Part shown: piece by piece, positions 19,173 to 28,937 of the stretch
How the letters are laid out: each line of letters opens with the position of its first letter
Numbering within the stretch: the first letter of the stretch is position 1
NCBI GenBank assembly: GCA_963768055.1
Contig: CAVYGN010000002.1
Span: 1,312,001 to 1,376,000 of the forward strand
Direction: 5' to 3'
DNA from: an uncultured Spirochaetota bacterium
Lineage (GTDB): Bacteria > Spirochaetota > Brevinematia > Brevinematales > JAOACQ01
Length of the DNA: 64,000 bases
The notes under the pieces: model-generated
Seen by the model: only the letters and a program-made list of their open reading frames with translations
Database searches by the model: none
Told to the model about the DNA's origin: nothing
Position numbers and translations under genes: made by a program

Positions 19173-19628
19173 TTATTTATAAAATCCGCATCCTATCCAT
19201 ATGTTATCGACCTTTTCCACATAGGAACTTTTATTCTCAATTTTTTTTGATACGGGGTTTGACCGCTTATAGTCAACCCATCCCGAATTTTTGTCCCTGG
19301 CTGTTTCCAGCATCTCCTTCATATAATATTTACCGTCAGGGTCCTGCATGTTAAGCTCATTCACACCGATAAGGGATTTGTTGCCGTCGCTCCTGGCAAG
19401 GCATACGCCGTTGAAGTCAAATACGAAAACATAATATTCGCCGCTGCGGAATTCTCCCTTAGGGTCGCTGAAAGCCTTGAAGGACACATCCTGGCCGTTG
19501 GCTTTATAAAAAGCGACGGCTTTCTGGACCATGGCTTTGGCTTTTTTAGCGGCTTTCGTCAGGGGCGCTGCAAAAATAAGAGAAGACGCGGTTAAAAGAA
19601 TCGCTGTTATTAAAATTACCCTCTTCAT
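19173..19628 (-). CDS. stand-alone secreted Cache-domain protein
   Basis: Signal peptide. AKAMVQKAVAF, GEYYVFVFD, DPDGKYY, GWVDY, NPVSKKIENKSSYV, IGCGFY. Confidence 0.85.
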   Translation of the reverse strand: MKRVILITAILLTASSLIFAAPLTKAAKKAKAMVQKAVAFYKANGQDVSFKAFSDPKGEFRSGEYYVFVFDFNGVCLARSDGNKSLIGVNELNMQDPDGKYYMKEMLETARDKNSGWVDYKRSNPVSKKIENKSSYVEKVDNIWIGCGFYK

Positions 19629-19754
19629 GGTGTTACCCTCCGATTTTAATAATTTTTTAAATCCATTTAATAAAAATAACCGATATTTCCCAAAGTGTAA
19701 AGCAATAAAGCTCCAAAGTCAAAAAAGTGGCCTCTTACCAGTTTGTAAAAAGGG

Positions 19755-19786
19755 GTCGTTTCGAGGGGTTCCGTCCGAGAAATCTT
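19755..19786 (+). repeat. short REP-like repeat GTCGTTTCGAG...CGAGAAATCTT
   Basis: Second copy of the 15192-15236 motif with a shorter middle. Confidence 0.55.
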
Positions 19787-19858
19787 GAAAGGGGTATCTA
19801 ATAATAATCTTGCATTAAGCTTGATTATTTATAAGAATTAAGCTAATATTAAGTAATA

Positions 19859-21856
19859 TTGGAGTTAAATTTGTCAGAGAAAGTGAAAAATTTAAAAAAG
19901 AAGATACTGCTGGTATACCCGAAGATGCCTTCCACGTACTGGGGTTTTCAGTACAGCGTAAAATTTATCGGGAAAAAAACAACATATCCGCCGCTTGGTT
20001 TAATGACTGTAGCTGCGTTGATCCCTCCGGAATATGATCTGAAGCTAGTAAATTTAAATTCCGAATCCTTAAAGGAAAGCGATATAGCCGGCGCTGATTT
20101 TGTGTTTATATCAGCGATGATTGTTCAAAAAGAATCTTTTGAAGAGGTTGTTAAGCTCTCGCGCAAGCATAACAAAACCGTTGTCGCGGGAGGGCCTTAT
20201 CCGACAGTATTGCACGCCGATATCGAGGGGGTGGACCATTTTGTTCTCGACGAGGCCGAAATGACCCTACCCGATTTTTTCCGGGATCTTAAAGCAGGAA
20301 ACCCTGCGAAAATATACAGAAGCAAGGAAAGGCCGGCTATTGCACTGGCCCCGATACCGCGTTTCGACCTGATAAAAATTAACGATTATGTATCTATGGC
20401 CCTTCAGTTTTCACGAGGATGTCCTTTCAATTGTGAATTTTGCGATATTATCGAACTTTTCGGGCGAGTGCCCAGGACTAAATCGCCGGAACAGTTCATT
20501 AAAGAACTGGAAACGGTTTACGAAACGGGTTACAGAGGTTCTGTTTTCATTGTCGACGATAACTTCATAGGGAACAAGTTCGCTGTAAAACAGCTTCTAA
20601 GGCCCCTGGGAATCTGGCAGAAGGAGAAAGAGTACCCATTTACATTTATGACAGAAGCAAGCGTTAACCTGGCGGAAGATGAAGAATTGATGGATCTTAT
20701 GGCGGAGGCCCTGTTCGAGGGTGTATTTCTCGGGATAGAAACGCCGTCAGAAGAATCCCTTTTACTGGCTAACAAAACGCAGAATACTAAAATTAAGCTG
20801 CTGGACAGCATTCATAAGATCCAGAGGAAGGGGCTTGAAGTTTCCGCGGGTTTTATTTTAGGATTCGACAGCGATAAGGACGATATTTTCGACAGGCAGA
20901 TCAATTTCATCAACGATGCTGCTATTCCTATGGCGATGGTCGGCCTTCTGGCGGCTCTTGGCCAGACCCAGCTTTACACCCGGTTGTTGAAGGAGAACAG
21001 GATACTTAATGAGACGTCGGGAAATCACACCCATGCCCTGGAATTGAATTTTATACCGAAAATGGCTGCAGACAAGCTCATAGAGGGTTACAAAAAGGTA
21101 ATTTCGACTGTTTACGATCCCCCTGTCTATTTCGAGAGATGTTATGATCTTATCAATATTCTTCCAAATAACTACATAAGCGCGAAAAGAGTTACTCTTT
21201 CAAATATTCTCACTTACGGCTATGCTTTTATAAGATCTCTTATATTGCAGGGTTTCGGCTCATACGGTTTTACCTACTTCAAGTTCCTTGCCAGGGTCCT
21301 TATTAAAAAACCCGGCCGGTTCGCTCAAGCCGTAAAGTTTGCCATCTTCGGTTATCATTTTATAAAAATAACTGAAAAGCAGATTAATAAAAAGATGGTC
21401 TTGCTCGATAATTTCAAGGCTTATATCAATAAGCTCATGCTGAAGTTTCAAAAAAGGATTGAATTTGTCCATAACCTGCATTGGGAAAAAGCGGTACGTG
21501 AACTGTTCGTCCTTCGTAAAAAGACATTACCGGCTGTAACCAGAAAATATGCCACTGCATCGAAACTTTCAAACCAATACACCGACAGCGCGCTCAGCAG
21601 ATTGGAAGAGAGTATTTTCGAATATATAGCCCGTATCAGGGATTATCTGATGAAGGCGATAAATAACACCGATATTAATACGGATAATTTTATTAACGAA
21701 TTCAACAAATATGTCACACGATTGTTAAACAGCATAGATAAGAACAAAACGGTTTCACACAGGTTCGGAAAACTTACGGAAGTCATAGATAAAGTATTTC
21801 TCGAACTGCGGATGATCAACTCGAAGGCTGCCGGTTCTGCAGGTGTTTTACACTAA
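19859..21856 (+). CDS. B12-binding radical SAM protein (DUF4070-type) with C-terminal extension
   Basis: PPLGLMTVAAL, VAGGPYPT, QFSRGCPFNCEFC, FIVDDNFIGN, VFLGIETP. Exact start uncertain (TTG/GTG). Confidence 0.9.
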   Translation: MELNLSEKVKNLKKKILLVYPKMPSTYWGFQYSVKFIGKKTTYPPLGLMTVAALIPPEYDLKLVNLNSESLKESDIAGADFVFISAMIVQKESFEEVVKLSRKHNKTVVAGGPYPTVLHADIEGVDHFVLDEAEMTLPDFFRDLKAGNPAKIYRSKERPAIALAPIPRFDLIKINDYVSMALQFSRGCPFNCEFCDIIELFGRVPRTKSPEQFIKELETVYETGYRGSVFIVDDNFIGNKFAVKQLLRPLGIWQKEKEYPFTFMTEASVNLAEDEELMDLMAEALFEGVFLGIETPSEESLLLANKTQNTKIKLLDSIHKIQRKGLEVSAGFILGFDSDKDDIFDRQINFINDAAIPMAMVGLLAALGQTQLYTRLLKENRILNETSGNHTHALELNFIPKMAADKLIEGYKKVISTVYDPPVYFERCYDLINILPNNYISAKRVTLSNILTYGYAFIRSLILQGFGSYGFTYFKFLARVLIKKPGRFAQAVKFAIFGYHFIKITEKQINKKMVLLDNFKAYINKLMLKFQKRIEFVHNLHWEKAVRELFVLRKKTLPAVTRKYATASKLSNQYTDSALSRLEESIFEYIARIRDYLMKAINNTDINTDNFINEFNKYVTRLLNSIDKNKTVSHRFGKLTEVIDKVFLELRMINSKAAGSAGVLH

Positions 21857-24215
21857 TATTTGATCGGCGGGCTTTTTTCACAGGTTTTATTTCTTCCAGC
21901 ATGATCAATTCCAGTACTTCCTCGATCCTTTCTACATAAAAAATGTTGAGATCTTTTAATATCTGCTGGTTCATCTCGCTGATGTCCTTTTCATTGTTTT
22001 TTGGAATAATTACGCTGAAAATTCCGCCTCTTTTCGCGGCGAGAAGCTTTTCCCTGAGGCCGCCGATAGGCAGTACATCGCCCTTGAGAGTTATCTCCCC
22101 GGTCATAGCGCAGTCGTTTCTTGCTTTCTTAGCCGCATATGTGGAAATGATTGAACTTATCATTGTTACACCGGCTGAAGGCCCGTCTTTGGGTATCGCC
22201 CCTTCAGGGACATGAATATGCAGATCGTTCTGCCTGAACAGAGCGGGGTCTATACCGTATTTTTCTGCGACAGACTTGGCATATGAAAAGGCGATCTTTG
22301 CCGATTCCTGCATGACCTCGCCGAGCTGGCCGGTGAGTATGAGGTCTCCTTTACCCTTGAAGATGGAACTCTCAATGTAAAGTACATCGCCCCCGTTCTC
22401 GGTCCATGCGAGGCCGGCGATTACGCCGATTCTCGGTTCCTTCTGGCCGCGGGTAAAGTCGAATTTCCTCACCCCCAGGTGCTTGGATATCTTTTTCGAA
22501 TCTATTTGTATAGATTTGACATCATGCCTGACCTTATCCCTGGCAATTTTTCTGATTACCTTTCCGACGTTTCTCTCCAGGTTTCTTACCCCGGCTTCTT
22601 TTGTGTAAAATCTCACTATATCGAGAATTGAATTATCAGTAAAATTGACCTTTATATCGGACAAACCGTTTTCGATCATCTGTTTGGGTATCAAAAATTT
22701 CTTGGCGATTTCTTTTTTCTCAAGTTCAGTGTATCCCGGTATCTCGATTATTTCCATTCTGTCTCTCAGGGGTATGGGAATATTGTAAAGGTTATTTGCC
22801 GTTGTCAGAAAGAATACATAAGACAGGTCAAAATCGAGGGACAGGTAATGATCGTTAAAGGTATTATTCTGTTCAGGGTCAAGGACTTCCAGAAGCGCAG
22901 AACTCGGATCACCCCTGAAATCCATGCTCATTTTATCTATTTCATCCATCAAAAATACAGGGTTCATTGTACCGGCTTTTTTCATCATCTGGATGATTTT
23001 ACCCGGCAGCGCTCCGACATAAGTCCTTCTATGCCCCCTGATTTCAGCTTCGTCCCTGACTCCGCCCAAAGATACGCGGATGAAATTGCGGTTTAAAGCG
23101 TGAGCGATAGACTTTGCCAGAGAAGTTTTCCCCGTTCCTGGGGGCCCTACAAGGCAGATTATCGGACCCTTTGATTTCGGGTTCAATTGACGGACAGCTA
23201 TGAAATCTATGATCCTTTCCTTGGCTTCCTTAAGGCCGTAATGTTCCTTTTCAAGGATCTCTTCGGCTACCTGCAGGTCTTTATTATCGATAGTATACTT
23301 GCCCCACGGCAGATCGACCAGCCATTCAATGTAATTATAGAGAACTGTGTATTCGGGAGACATATTGGGTATTTTTGACAGCCTTTCAAGTTCACCGTCA
23401 AACTTTTCTTTTACGGATTCAGGCATTTCCTTGCCCTTAGACCTTTCCTTCAACTCTAAAATGCCTTCATCCTGCGATTCGCCTTCATCGAGTTCCTTTC
23501 TTATTTCTTTAAGCTGCTCGTTTAAAAAATATTTTTTCTGCATTTTTTCCATTCGGTCCTGGACGCGTTTATTGATATCGTCCTCGATCTTCAGTACATC
23601 GATTTCCTTATGCACGAGGGCAAGGGTTTTTGTCAGCCTTTCATTAATATCGTTTTCTTCAAGGATAGCCTGTTTATCGGCGACCTGTGAAGGTATATTC
23701 GCCATAACAGCGTCTATTAATTTTTCTGAATCGTCGATTGATACGATGGATGCGGCGGTATCTTTAGGAATCTTTGGGTTAAGCGAAATATATTCGACAA
23801 ACTTGTCTTTCAAAGTTCTGATAAGGGCTTCAAGCTCGTTGCTGTTGAGGACCTTAGTTTCAAGATCATCCACCTCGGCAAGGGAAAAACCTTCATCCTG
23901 GATATATTTTGATATTTTTCCTCTTTTAAGCCCCTCTACCAGTATCCTGACCATTCCGTTAGGCATATTGATCAGTTCCAGAATGGTTGAAACGCAGCCG
24001 ACAGAGAAAATATCTTCATCGGAAGGATTTTCCACATCCTTGCTTTTTTGCGCGGAAAGGAACAACGGCAGGTTGTTTTCGAAGGCATGCATTACGGCTT
24101 TAACTGAGGTATTGCGGCCGATAATAAGAGGTACGACCATGAACGGGAATACTACAATACCCCTCAGGGGTATAAGCGGGAACTTTTCCTTTTTTTTGTT
24201 TTCGGATTCGACCAT
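21816..24215 (-). CDS. lon: ATP-dependent protease La
   Basis: LON N-domain, GPPGTGKTS, RRTYVGALPG, PKDGPSAG, catalytic Lys in GGLREKL. Confidence 0.98.
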   Translation of the reverse strand: MVESENKKKEKFPLIPLRGIVVFPFMVVPLIIGRNTSVKAVMHAFENNLPLFLSAQKSKDVENPSDEDIFSVGCVSTILELINMPNGMVRILVEGLKRGKISKYIQDEGFSLAEVDDLETKVLNSNELEALIRTLKDKFVEYISLNPKIPKDTAASIVSIDDSEKLIDAVMANIPSQVADKQAILEENDINERLTKTLALVHKEIDVLKIEDDINKRVQDRMEKMQKKYFLNEQLKEIRKELDEGESQDEGILELKERSKGKEMPESVKEKFDGELERLSKIPNMSPEYTVLYNYIEWLVDLPWGKYTIDNKDLQVAEEILEKEHYGLKEAKERIIDFIAVRQLNPKSKGPIICLVGPPGTGKTSLAKSIAHALNRNFIRVSLGGVRDEAEIRGHRRTYVGALPGKIIQMMKKAGTMNPVFLMDEIDKMSMDFRGDPSSALLEVLDPEQNNTFNDHYLSLDFDLSYVFFLTTANNLYNIPIPLRDRMEIIEIPGYTELEKKEIAKKFLIPKQMIENGLSDIKVNFTDNSILDIVRFYTKEAGVRNLERNVGKVIRKIARDKVRHDVKSIQIDSKKISKHLGVRKFDFTRGQKEPRIGVIAGLAWTENGGDVLYIESSIFKGKGDLILTGQLGEVMQESAKIAFSYAKSVAEKYGIDPALFRQNDLHIHVPEGAIPKDGPSAGVTMISSIISTYAAKKARNDCAMTGEITLKGDVLPIGGLREKLLAAKRGGIFSVIIPKNNEKDISEMNQQILKDLNIFYVERIEEVLELIMLEEIKPVKKARRSNISVKHLQNRQPSS

Positions 24216-24227
24216 TTCCTTACCTCG

Positions 24228-25520
24228 TTAAGCTATTTTAGGCTCTTTTCCTAAGGTTACCACGTCCTTGTCAATAATGCAATGCCTTACATCATTCATC
24301 GAGGGTATTTCGTACATAATATCGAGCATGACTTCCTCTATAACGGACCTCAATCCTCTCGCCCCCGTTTTCTTTTCCTTGGTTTTATGCACAATCTCGG
24401 TAATCGCATCATCGGTAAATTCCAGTTCAACATTTTCAAGCCCCATGAGCTTTTGATACTGTTTAATTATTGCATTTTTCGGGTCGGTAAGTATTCGTTT
24501 CAGCTCATCGTCTTTCAATTCGTGAAGAATGGCTGTAATCGGCAATCTTCCAACGAGTTCGGGAATAAGTCCGTATTTAATAAAATCGTGGGGTATTACA
24601 TCCTTCAAAACTTTTTCAGGGTCTGTCCTTGTCTTTGAATGATTGCTTTTAAAGCCGACTTCCTTCTTTCCCAGCCTTGTTTTTACAATATCCTCCAGGC
24701 CAACAAATGCTCCACCTACTATAAAAAGAATATTGGAAGTGTTAACCATTATATTTTTCTGCTGGGGGTGTTTTCTGCCCCCGTAAGCCGGGACCGATGC
24801 ATCAGTACCCTCTATTAATTTTAAAAGGGCCTGCTGAACACCCTCGCCGGAAACATCTCTGGTTATGGACACATTCTCGCTTTTTCTGGAAATCTTGTCG
24901 ATTTCGTCTATATAGACAATACCAACTTCCGCCCTTGAAATCAAGTGCTCGAGTTCTTTTGATTCGGGATCGAAATAACCTCCTGCCGCGTTCTGCAGGA
25001 GCCTTAAAAGAACGTTTTCAACGTCATCCCCGACATAACCCGCTTCAGTAAGGGTCGTGGCGTCGGCAATGGCAAATGGAACGTCCAGCATCCTGGCAAG
25101 GATCTTGGCAAGCAGGGTTTTTCCGCTTCCGGTAGGCCCTAAAAGAATGACATTGCTCTTCTCGATTTCGACCTCATTCTTATCGTCGTCGAATGAGTTT
25201 GAAAAAATCCTTTTATAGTGGTTGTAAACTGCAACCGAAAGTATTTTTTTAGCATTGTCCTGCCCTATGACATACTGGTCAAGAAACTCCTTCATCTCCT
25301 TCGGCCTCGGGAGTTTGTTAACGGTGTTCATAGTGTTATTCTTGTGTTCTACCTGGATGGCCTGATAAGAATTGTAAAGACAGTTGTCGCATATATACAC
25401 TTCTCCCTCGCCCTTTACCATCCTGTATACCTCTGTCGAAGAGGCCCCGCAAAAGCTGCATTGAACTGTTCTTTTATACCTTGGAACGCTGTTTTCATCG
25501 TCCTTTCTTGAAGCCATCAT
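24228..25520 (-). CDS. clpX: ATP-dependent Clp protease ATPase subunit ClpX
   Basis: Zn-binding CSFCG...[41 protein letters not shown] loop. Confidence 0.98.
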   Translation of the reverse strand: MMASRKDDENSVPRYKRTVQCSFCGASSTEVYRMVKGEGEVYICDNCLYNSYQAIQVEHKNNTMNTVNKLPRPKEMKEFLDQYVIGQDNAKKILSVAVYNHYKRIFSNSFDDDKNEVEIEKSNVILLGPTGSGKTLLAKILARMLDVPFAIADATTLTEAGYVGDDVENVLLRLLQNAAGGYFDPESKELEHLISRAEVGIVYIDEIDKISRKSENVSITRDVSGEGVQQALLKLIEGTDASVPAYGGRKHPQQKNIMVNTSNILFIVGGAFVGLEDIVKTRLGKKEVGFKSNHSKTRTDPEKVLKDVIPHDFIKYGLIPELVGRLPITAILHELKDDELKRILTDPKNAIIKQYQKLMGLENVELEFTDDAITEIVHKTKEKKTGARGLRSVIEEVMLDIMYEIPSMNDVRHCIIDKDVVTLGKEPKIA

Positions 25521-26119
25521 TATTTCCTTTTATCTATTATTTCATCGATGATCCCGTATTTCTTCGCTTCATCACCCGACATAAAAAAATCCCTGTCGGT
25601 ATCGGATTCAATCTTATCCAGCTGCTGGCCTGTATGTTTTACCAGGATGCTGTCAAGCATGGTTTTGGTCCTGAGCATTTCTTCAGCCTGAATTTTAATA
25701 TCCGTTGCCTGTCCCTGAGTGCCGCCGGAGGGCTGATGGATAATAATACGGGAATGGGGCAGAGTAAAGCGTTTTCCCTGTTTCCCGGCTGCCAGAAGGA
25801 CCGCGCCCATTGAAGCTGCTTCTCCGATGCAGATAGTCGAAACATCGCATTTTATGTACTGCATGGTATCGTAAATCGCAAGTCCGGAAGTAACTACCCC
25901 GCCGGGTGAATTGATGTAAAGGTTAATGTCTCTTTCCGGGTCTTCGGCCTCGAGAAATAAAAGCTGTGCTATTACAAGATTAGCCACATCGTCGTCGATT
26001 GCAGAGCCTAAAAACACGATCCTGTCTTTCAAGAGTCTTGAATATATATCATAAGCCCTTTCACCCCTGTTGCTCTGTTCAATCACCATAGGTATAAGCA
26101 TAATTAACCCCTTTATCAA
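25520..26119 (-). CDS. clpP: ATP-dependent Clp protease proteolytic subunit
   Basis: [33 protein letters not shown]. Confidence 0.98.
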   Translation of the reverse strand: MIKGLIMLIPMVIEQSNRGERAYDIYSRLLKDRIVFLGSAIDDDVANLVIAQLLFLEAEDPERDINLYINSPGGVVTSGLAIYDTMQYIKCDVSTICIGEAASMGAVLLAAGKQGKRFTLPHSRIIIHQPSGGTQGQATDIKIQAEEMLRTKTMLDSILVKHTGQQLDKIESDTDRDFFMSGDEAKKYGIIDEIIDKRK

Positions 26120-26225
26120 AAATTATAGAATGTTCTAAAATCTCGGTATAAATATAATTAATATAACATATAAAGTAAAATATTGGAAGCTGAAGATGCG
26201 GCCACATCACAGGGGCGTACCCCGC

Positions 26226-26987
26226 TTATGCCACTGTGTTCACCAGGTCGTCCATCCCGTCGATCCTTATGATAATCTCATCACCCTTCTTCATTTCCCC
26301 GACACCCTCCGGCGTACCTGTGGCTATTATATCTCCCGGATAAAGGGTCATCACTCTGCTGACGAAACTTACCAGAGTATATACATCGAAGATCATTTCA
26401 GCCGTGTTTGAATCCTGCCTGACCTTGCCGTTGAGTATCGCCTGGATCCGAAGCTTTTGAGGATCTCCAATCTTTGTTTCGATAAAAGGCCCGAAAGGAG
26501 CAAAGGTGTCGAAACCCTTGGCCCTTGTCCATTGTCCGTCAAGGGCCTGAAGATCGCGGGCCGTTACATCGTTAAAAGCCGTATAACCCAGGATATAATT
26601 AACAGCCTCGCCGGGAGGAACTTGTTTCGCTGTATGTTTTATAACAACTGCAAGTTCGGCTTCATAGTCTAACCTTCCTGATTCGGCCGGATATATGATT
26701 TTGCCCTTATGGGGCAGGATGCTTGAAGAGGGTTTTAAAAACAGCAACGGTGTTTTAGGAATATCGAATTTCAATTCTTCGGAATGGCGCCTGTAATTTA
26801 AACCTACGGCCACTATTTTGGAGGGTTTTTCAGGAGTTAGTATTTCCAACTCTGAAAGACTTTCCTCCCCCTTCCCGGTCCTTTGAAAATCAGGACTGAG
26901 CCTTATTACGCTTTCCCCTATGACCTCTCCGAAAAAACCCCTTAAGCCTTCGATTTCTCCTTTTTTATTAAAAAAACCGATTTTCAA
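26226..26987 (-). CDS. fumarylacetoacetate hydrolase family protein
   Basis: KIVAVGLNY, FLKP, DYEAEL, NDVTARDLQ, AKGFDTF, GDIIATGTP. Confidence 0.93.
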   Translation of the reverse strand: MKIGFFNKKGEIEGLRGFFGEVIGESVIRLSPDFQRTGKGEESLSELEILTPEKPSKIVAVGLNYRRHSEELKFDIPKTPLLFLKPSSSILPHKGKIIYPAESGRLDYEAELAVVIKHTAKQVPPGEAVNYILGYTAFNDVTARDLQALDGQWTRAKGFDTFAPFGPFIETKIGDPQKLRIQAILNGKVRQDSNTAEMIFDVYTLVSFVSRVMTLYPGDIIATGTPEGVGEMKKGDEIIIRIDGMDDLVNTVA

Positions 26988-27016
26988 AAATCTCTCCTGA
27001 ATTTACAAAAACTCCC

Positions 27017-27355
27017 TCACTCAAAATCTTCTCTTGCGTTTCGGCCGGTCTGGAGTATTAGATTCCCTACGAAATGATCGAGCTTTTCAACATTATCGTT
27101 GGAGATCTCTTCATATTTGATTCCTATCATATTACCGCTAACACTCTTGACTATACCCCAAAAATCGATTGCCTCGTTAGACGAATCGGGAAGACGGAAA
27201 ATAATCCTTACAAGATCGCCGATTACAAAAATCTGTTTTACTTCTAAGGCAAGGCCGCCTGTTGAAATATCCACTATTGTCCCTTCGCCCTCGCAGTTTC
27301 TCAGTGTATAATTCGCTTTTAAATTTACAGTGATCCTTGTCGGCCTTAAAGGCAT
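27017..27355 (-). CDS. PilZ-domain protein
   Basis: N-terminal RPTR and DISTGG (DxSxxG). GGAGG RBS. 112 aa. Confidence 0.8.
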   Translation of the reverse strand: MPLRPTRITVNLKANYTLRNCEGEGTIVDISTGGLALEVKQIFVIGDLVRIIFRLPDSSNEAIDFWGIVKSVSGNMIGIKYEEISNDNVEKLDHFVGNLILQTGRNAREDFE

Positions 27356-27382
27356 TGGAGCCTCCTGTAATATTTCCGCATT

Positions 27383-27664
27383 TTATTTAAATAATCCGAT
27401 ATCGAGTTCGGAATCCTCGCCGCTTGCCAGTCGGGAAATATTTTTTACTTCATACACTTTTTTTTCGATATCGGAAAGTTTTAATTCAAGCTTGCCTGAA
27501 AGTTTCATTCCTTCCTCATAGAGAATAAGAGCTTCTTCTACCGGGACGCCGTTATCGAGTTTCATAACGATCTCTTCAAGGCGCTTCATATCTTCTTCAA
27601 AGCTCCGGCCGTTTTTTTCTAATCTTTTTGGCATTATTTGCCTGCCGTTAAATAAAACTTTCAT
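27383..27664 (-). CDS. xseB: exodeoxyribonuclease VII small subunit (alternative start 27634)
   Basis: SFEEDMKRLEEIVMKLD...EEALILYEEGMKL. Confidence 0.88.
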   Translation of the reverse strand: MKVLFNGRQIMPKRLEKNGRSFEEDMKRLEEIVMKLDNGVPVEEALILYEEGMKLSGKLELKLSDIEKKVYEVKNISRLASGEDSELDIGLFK

Positions 27665-27724
27665 CCAATTATAAAGTAAAAATTATAAAAAATAAAGAAA
27701 AAATAAAATCCCCCTTCTTTGCAG

Positions 27725-27753
27725 TTGACAACGAAATAAAGGTATGATAAAGT
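27725..27753 (+). promoter_or_regulatory. sigma70-type promoter of yjbQ
   Basis: TTGACA-N17-TAAAGT with an extended -10 TG. Confidence 0.55.
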
Positions 27754-27768
27754 TTGAAAGGGTAAAAA

Positions 27769-28170
27769 ATGAAAAATTTTTTTGAACTATCATTATCCAC
27801 AGGTAAAAGTAACGAATTTATTAATATTACATCGACAATTCAAAAATGTATAACAGAAACGGGTATAAGGGAAGGCCTTTGCATTATATTTGTTCCTCAT
27901 ACTACTGCCGGGGTGACGGTCAATGAAAACGCCGATCCGGATGTTGTTTATGATGTTATCAATCACCTTTCCAGGACTATTCCCCCCGGCGGTTACGCGC
28001 ATTCGGAAGGGAATTCCGACGCTCATATCAAATCGAGTCTCATCGGCCCTTCACAGTACCTGATCATTTCGGGAGGGAGGGCCGTTCTTGGCACATGGCA
28101 GGGCGTTTATTTTACTGAGTTCGATGGTCCAAGGCACAGGAAATATTATGTGAAATGCCTCGAAGGGTAA
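27769..28170 (+). CDS. yjbQ: YjbQ/UPF0047 family protein
   Basis: PHTTAGVTVNENADPDV, HSEGNSDAHIKSS, LGTWQGVYFTEFDGPR. Confidence 0.93.
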   Translation: MKNFFELSLSTGKSNEFINITSTIQKCITETGIREGLCIIFVPHTTAGVTVNENADPDVVYDVINHLSRTIPPGGYAHSEGNSDAHIKSSLIGPSQYLIISGGRAVLGTWQGVYFTEFDGPRHRKYYVKCLEG

Positions 28171-28277
28171 TAGCAATATTCCGAAAGGTTAATGCAATAA
28201 ACCTTGAGGAATAATTGCTATTATACCAATATCCCGAAAGGCTAAAGTTAATTAGCCTTGAGGAATAATTGGCATTA
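28168..28277 (+). repeat. tandem pair of ~54-nt hairpins with a GA/GA internal loop
   Basis: Units 28168-28223 and 28221-28277 share CAATATYCCGAAAGG and CCTTGAGGAATAATTG. Two compensatory base-pair changes. Confidence 0.85.
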
Positions 28278-28357
28278 TGCCGAAAGTCTGCGGTCATCAG
28301 TTGGCGGTCTGCAAATAAAGAGACTGTGCACTTCAGACCAATGACTATCGATGCTGA

Positions 28358-28921
28358 CTATCGACTAAAGTACATATATGGGGAGTTCTCTCCAAAGTAA
28401 TAATCTCTTGCACTGTCCTGGTATTTGTACTGGGCTGTGAGGCCCTGGAGGCCGTACCCCTGGAAATAAGAAAGCTCCATTTTATAATATCCCCTGGCCA
28501 GGAATACATTATACTGGTTGCTTCCAAAAGCCCTGTTCGAAATAAATTCGCCAATAAGGCGGTCATTGAGCTTCAGCCGGAATCCGTCATCTGAAGCTAT
28601 GGTAAATAAGTAAAGTCCGTCTTTTTCTACATGGATCGTGGAATATAAAAAAAGATAAAAATTAAGGGTATATGAAAAATTTCCAATATCGTTATGATCG
28701 AGAATAGACCCCTGTTTGAAATTTATAGTATTAATATAATATGTGTTGGTAAAATCAGGAACAATCGGAGTATCCAGTGTAATAATATCGCCCTTCTGTT
28801 TTATGATCGTCATTTTAATATTTGTATTGAAAACAACGGGAGACAGCATCCGGTATATAAAGAATATCGCAAATAATAAACAGCCGGCCAGGAAAATCAT
28901 CTTCTTATCGATAGGTTTCAT
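28358..28921 (-). CDS. membrane-anchored PA14-domain protein
   Basis: N-terminal TM. GLYLFTIASDDGFRLKLN and YFQGYG match the PA14 pattern. Confidence 0.8.
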   Translation of the reverse strand: MKPIDKKMIFLAGCLLFAIFFIYRMLSPVVFNTNIKMTIIKQKGDIITLDTPIVPDFTNTYYINTINFKQGSILDHNDIGNFSYTLNFYLFLYSTIHVEKDGLYLFTIASDDGFRLKLNDRLIGEFISNRAFGSNQYNVFLARGYYKMELSYFQGYGLQGLTAQYKYQDSARDYYFGENSPYMYFSR

Positions 28922-28937
28922 TCATTGCTCCGATTAT

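Noticed and set aside
23347..24231. 294-aa plus-strand ORF
   Set aside because: Antisense shadow of lon, Ser-rich, with no recognisable motifs.
26196..26225. Possible tRNA upstream of clpP
   Set aside because: Too short, with no T-loop or cloverleaf. It is just a small GGGG-CGTA-CCCC hairpin.
28168..28277. CRISPR, attC or SECIS interpretation of the tandem hairpins
   Set aside because: Only two units with no spacer-length unique sequence, no RYYYAAC/GTTRRRY ends or integrase, and no in-frame TGA in the adjacent gene.
28342..28364. TGACTATCGA repeated twice at the PA14 gene end
   Set aside because: Too short and low-copy to support a separate element.
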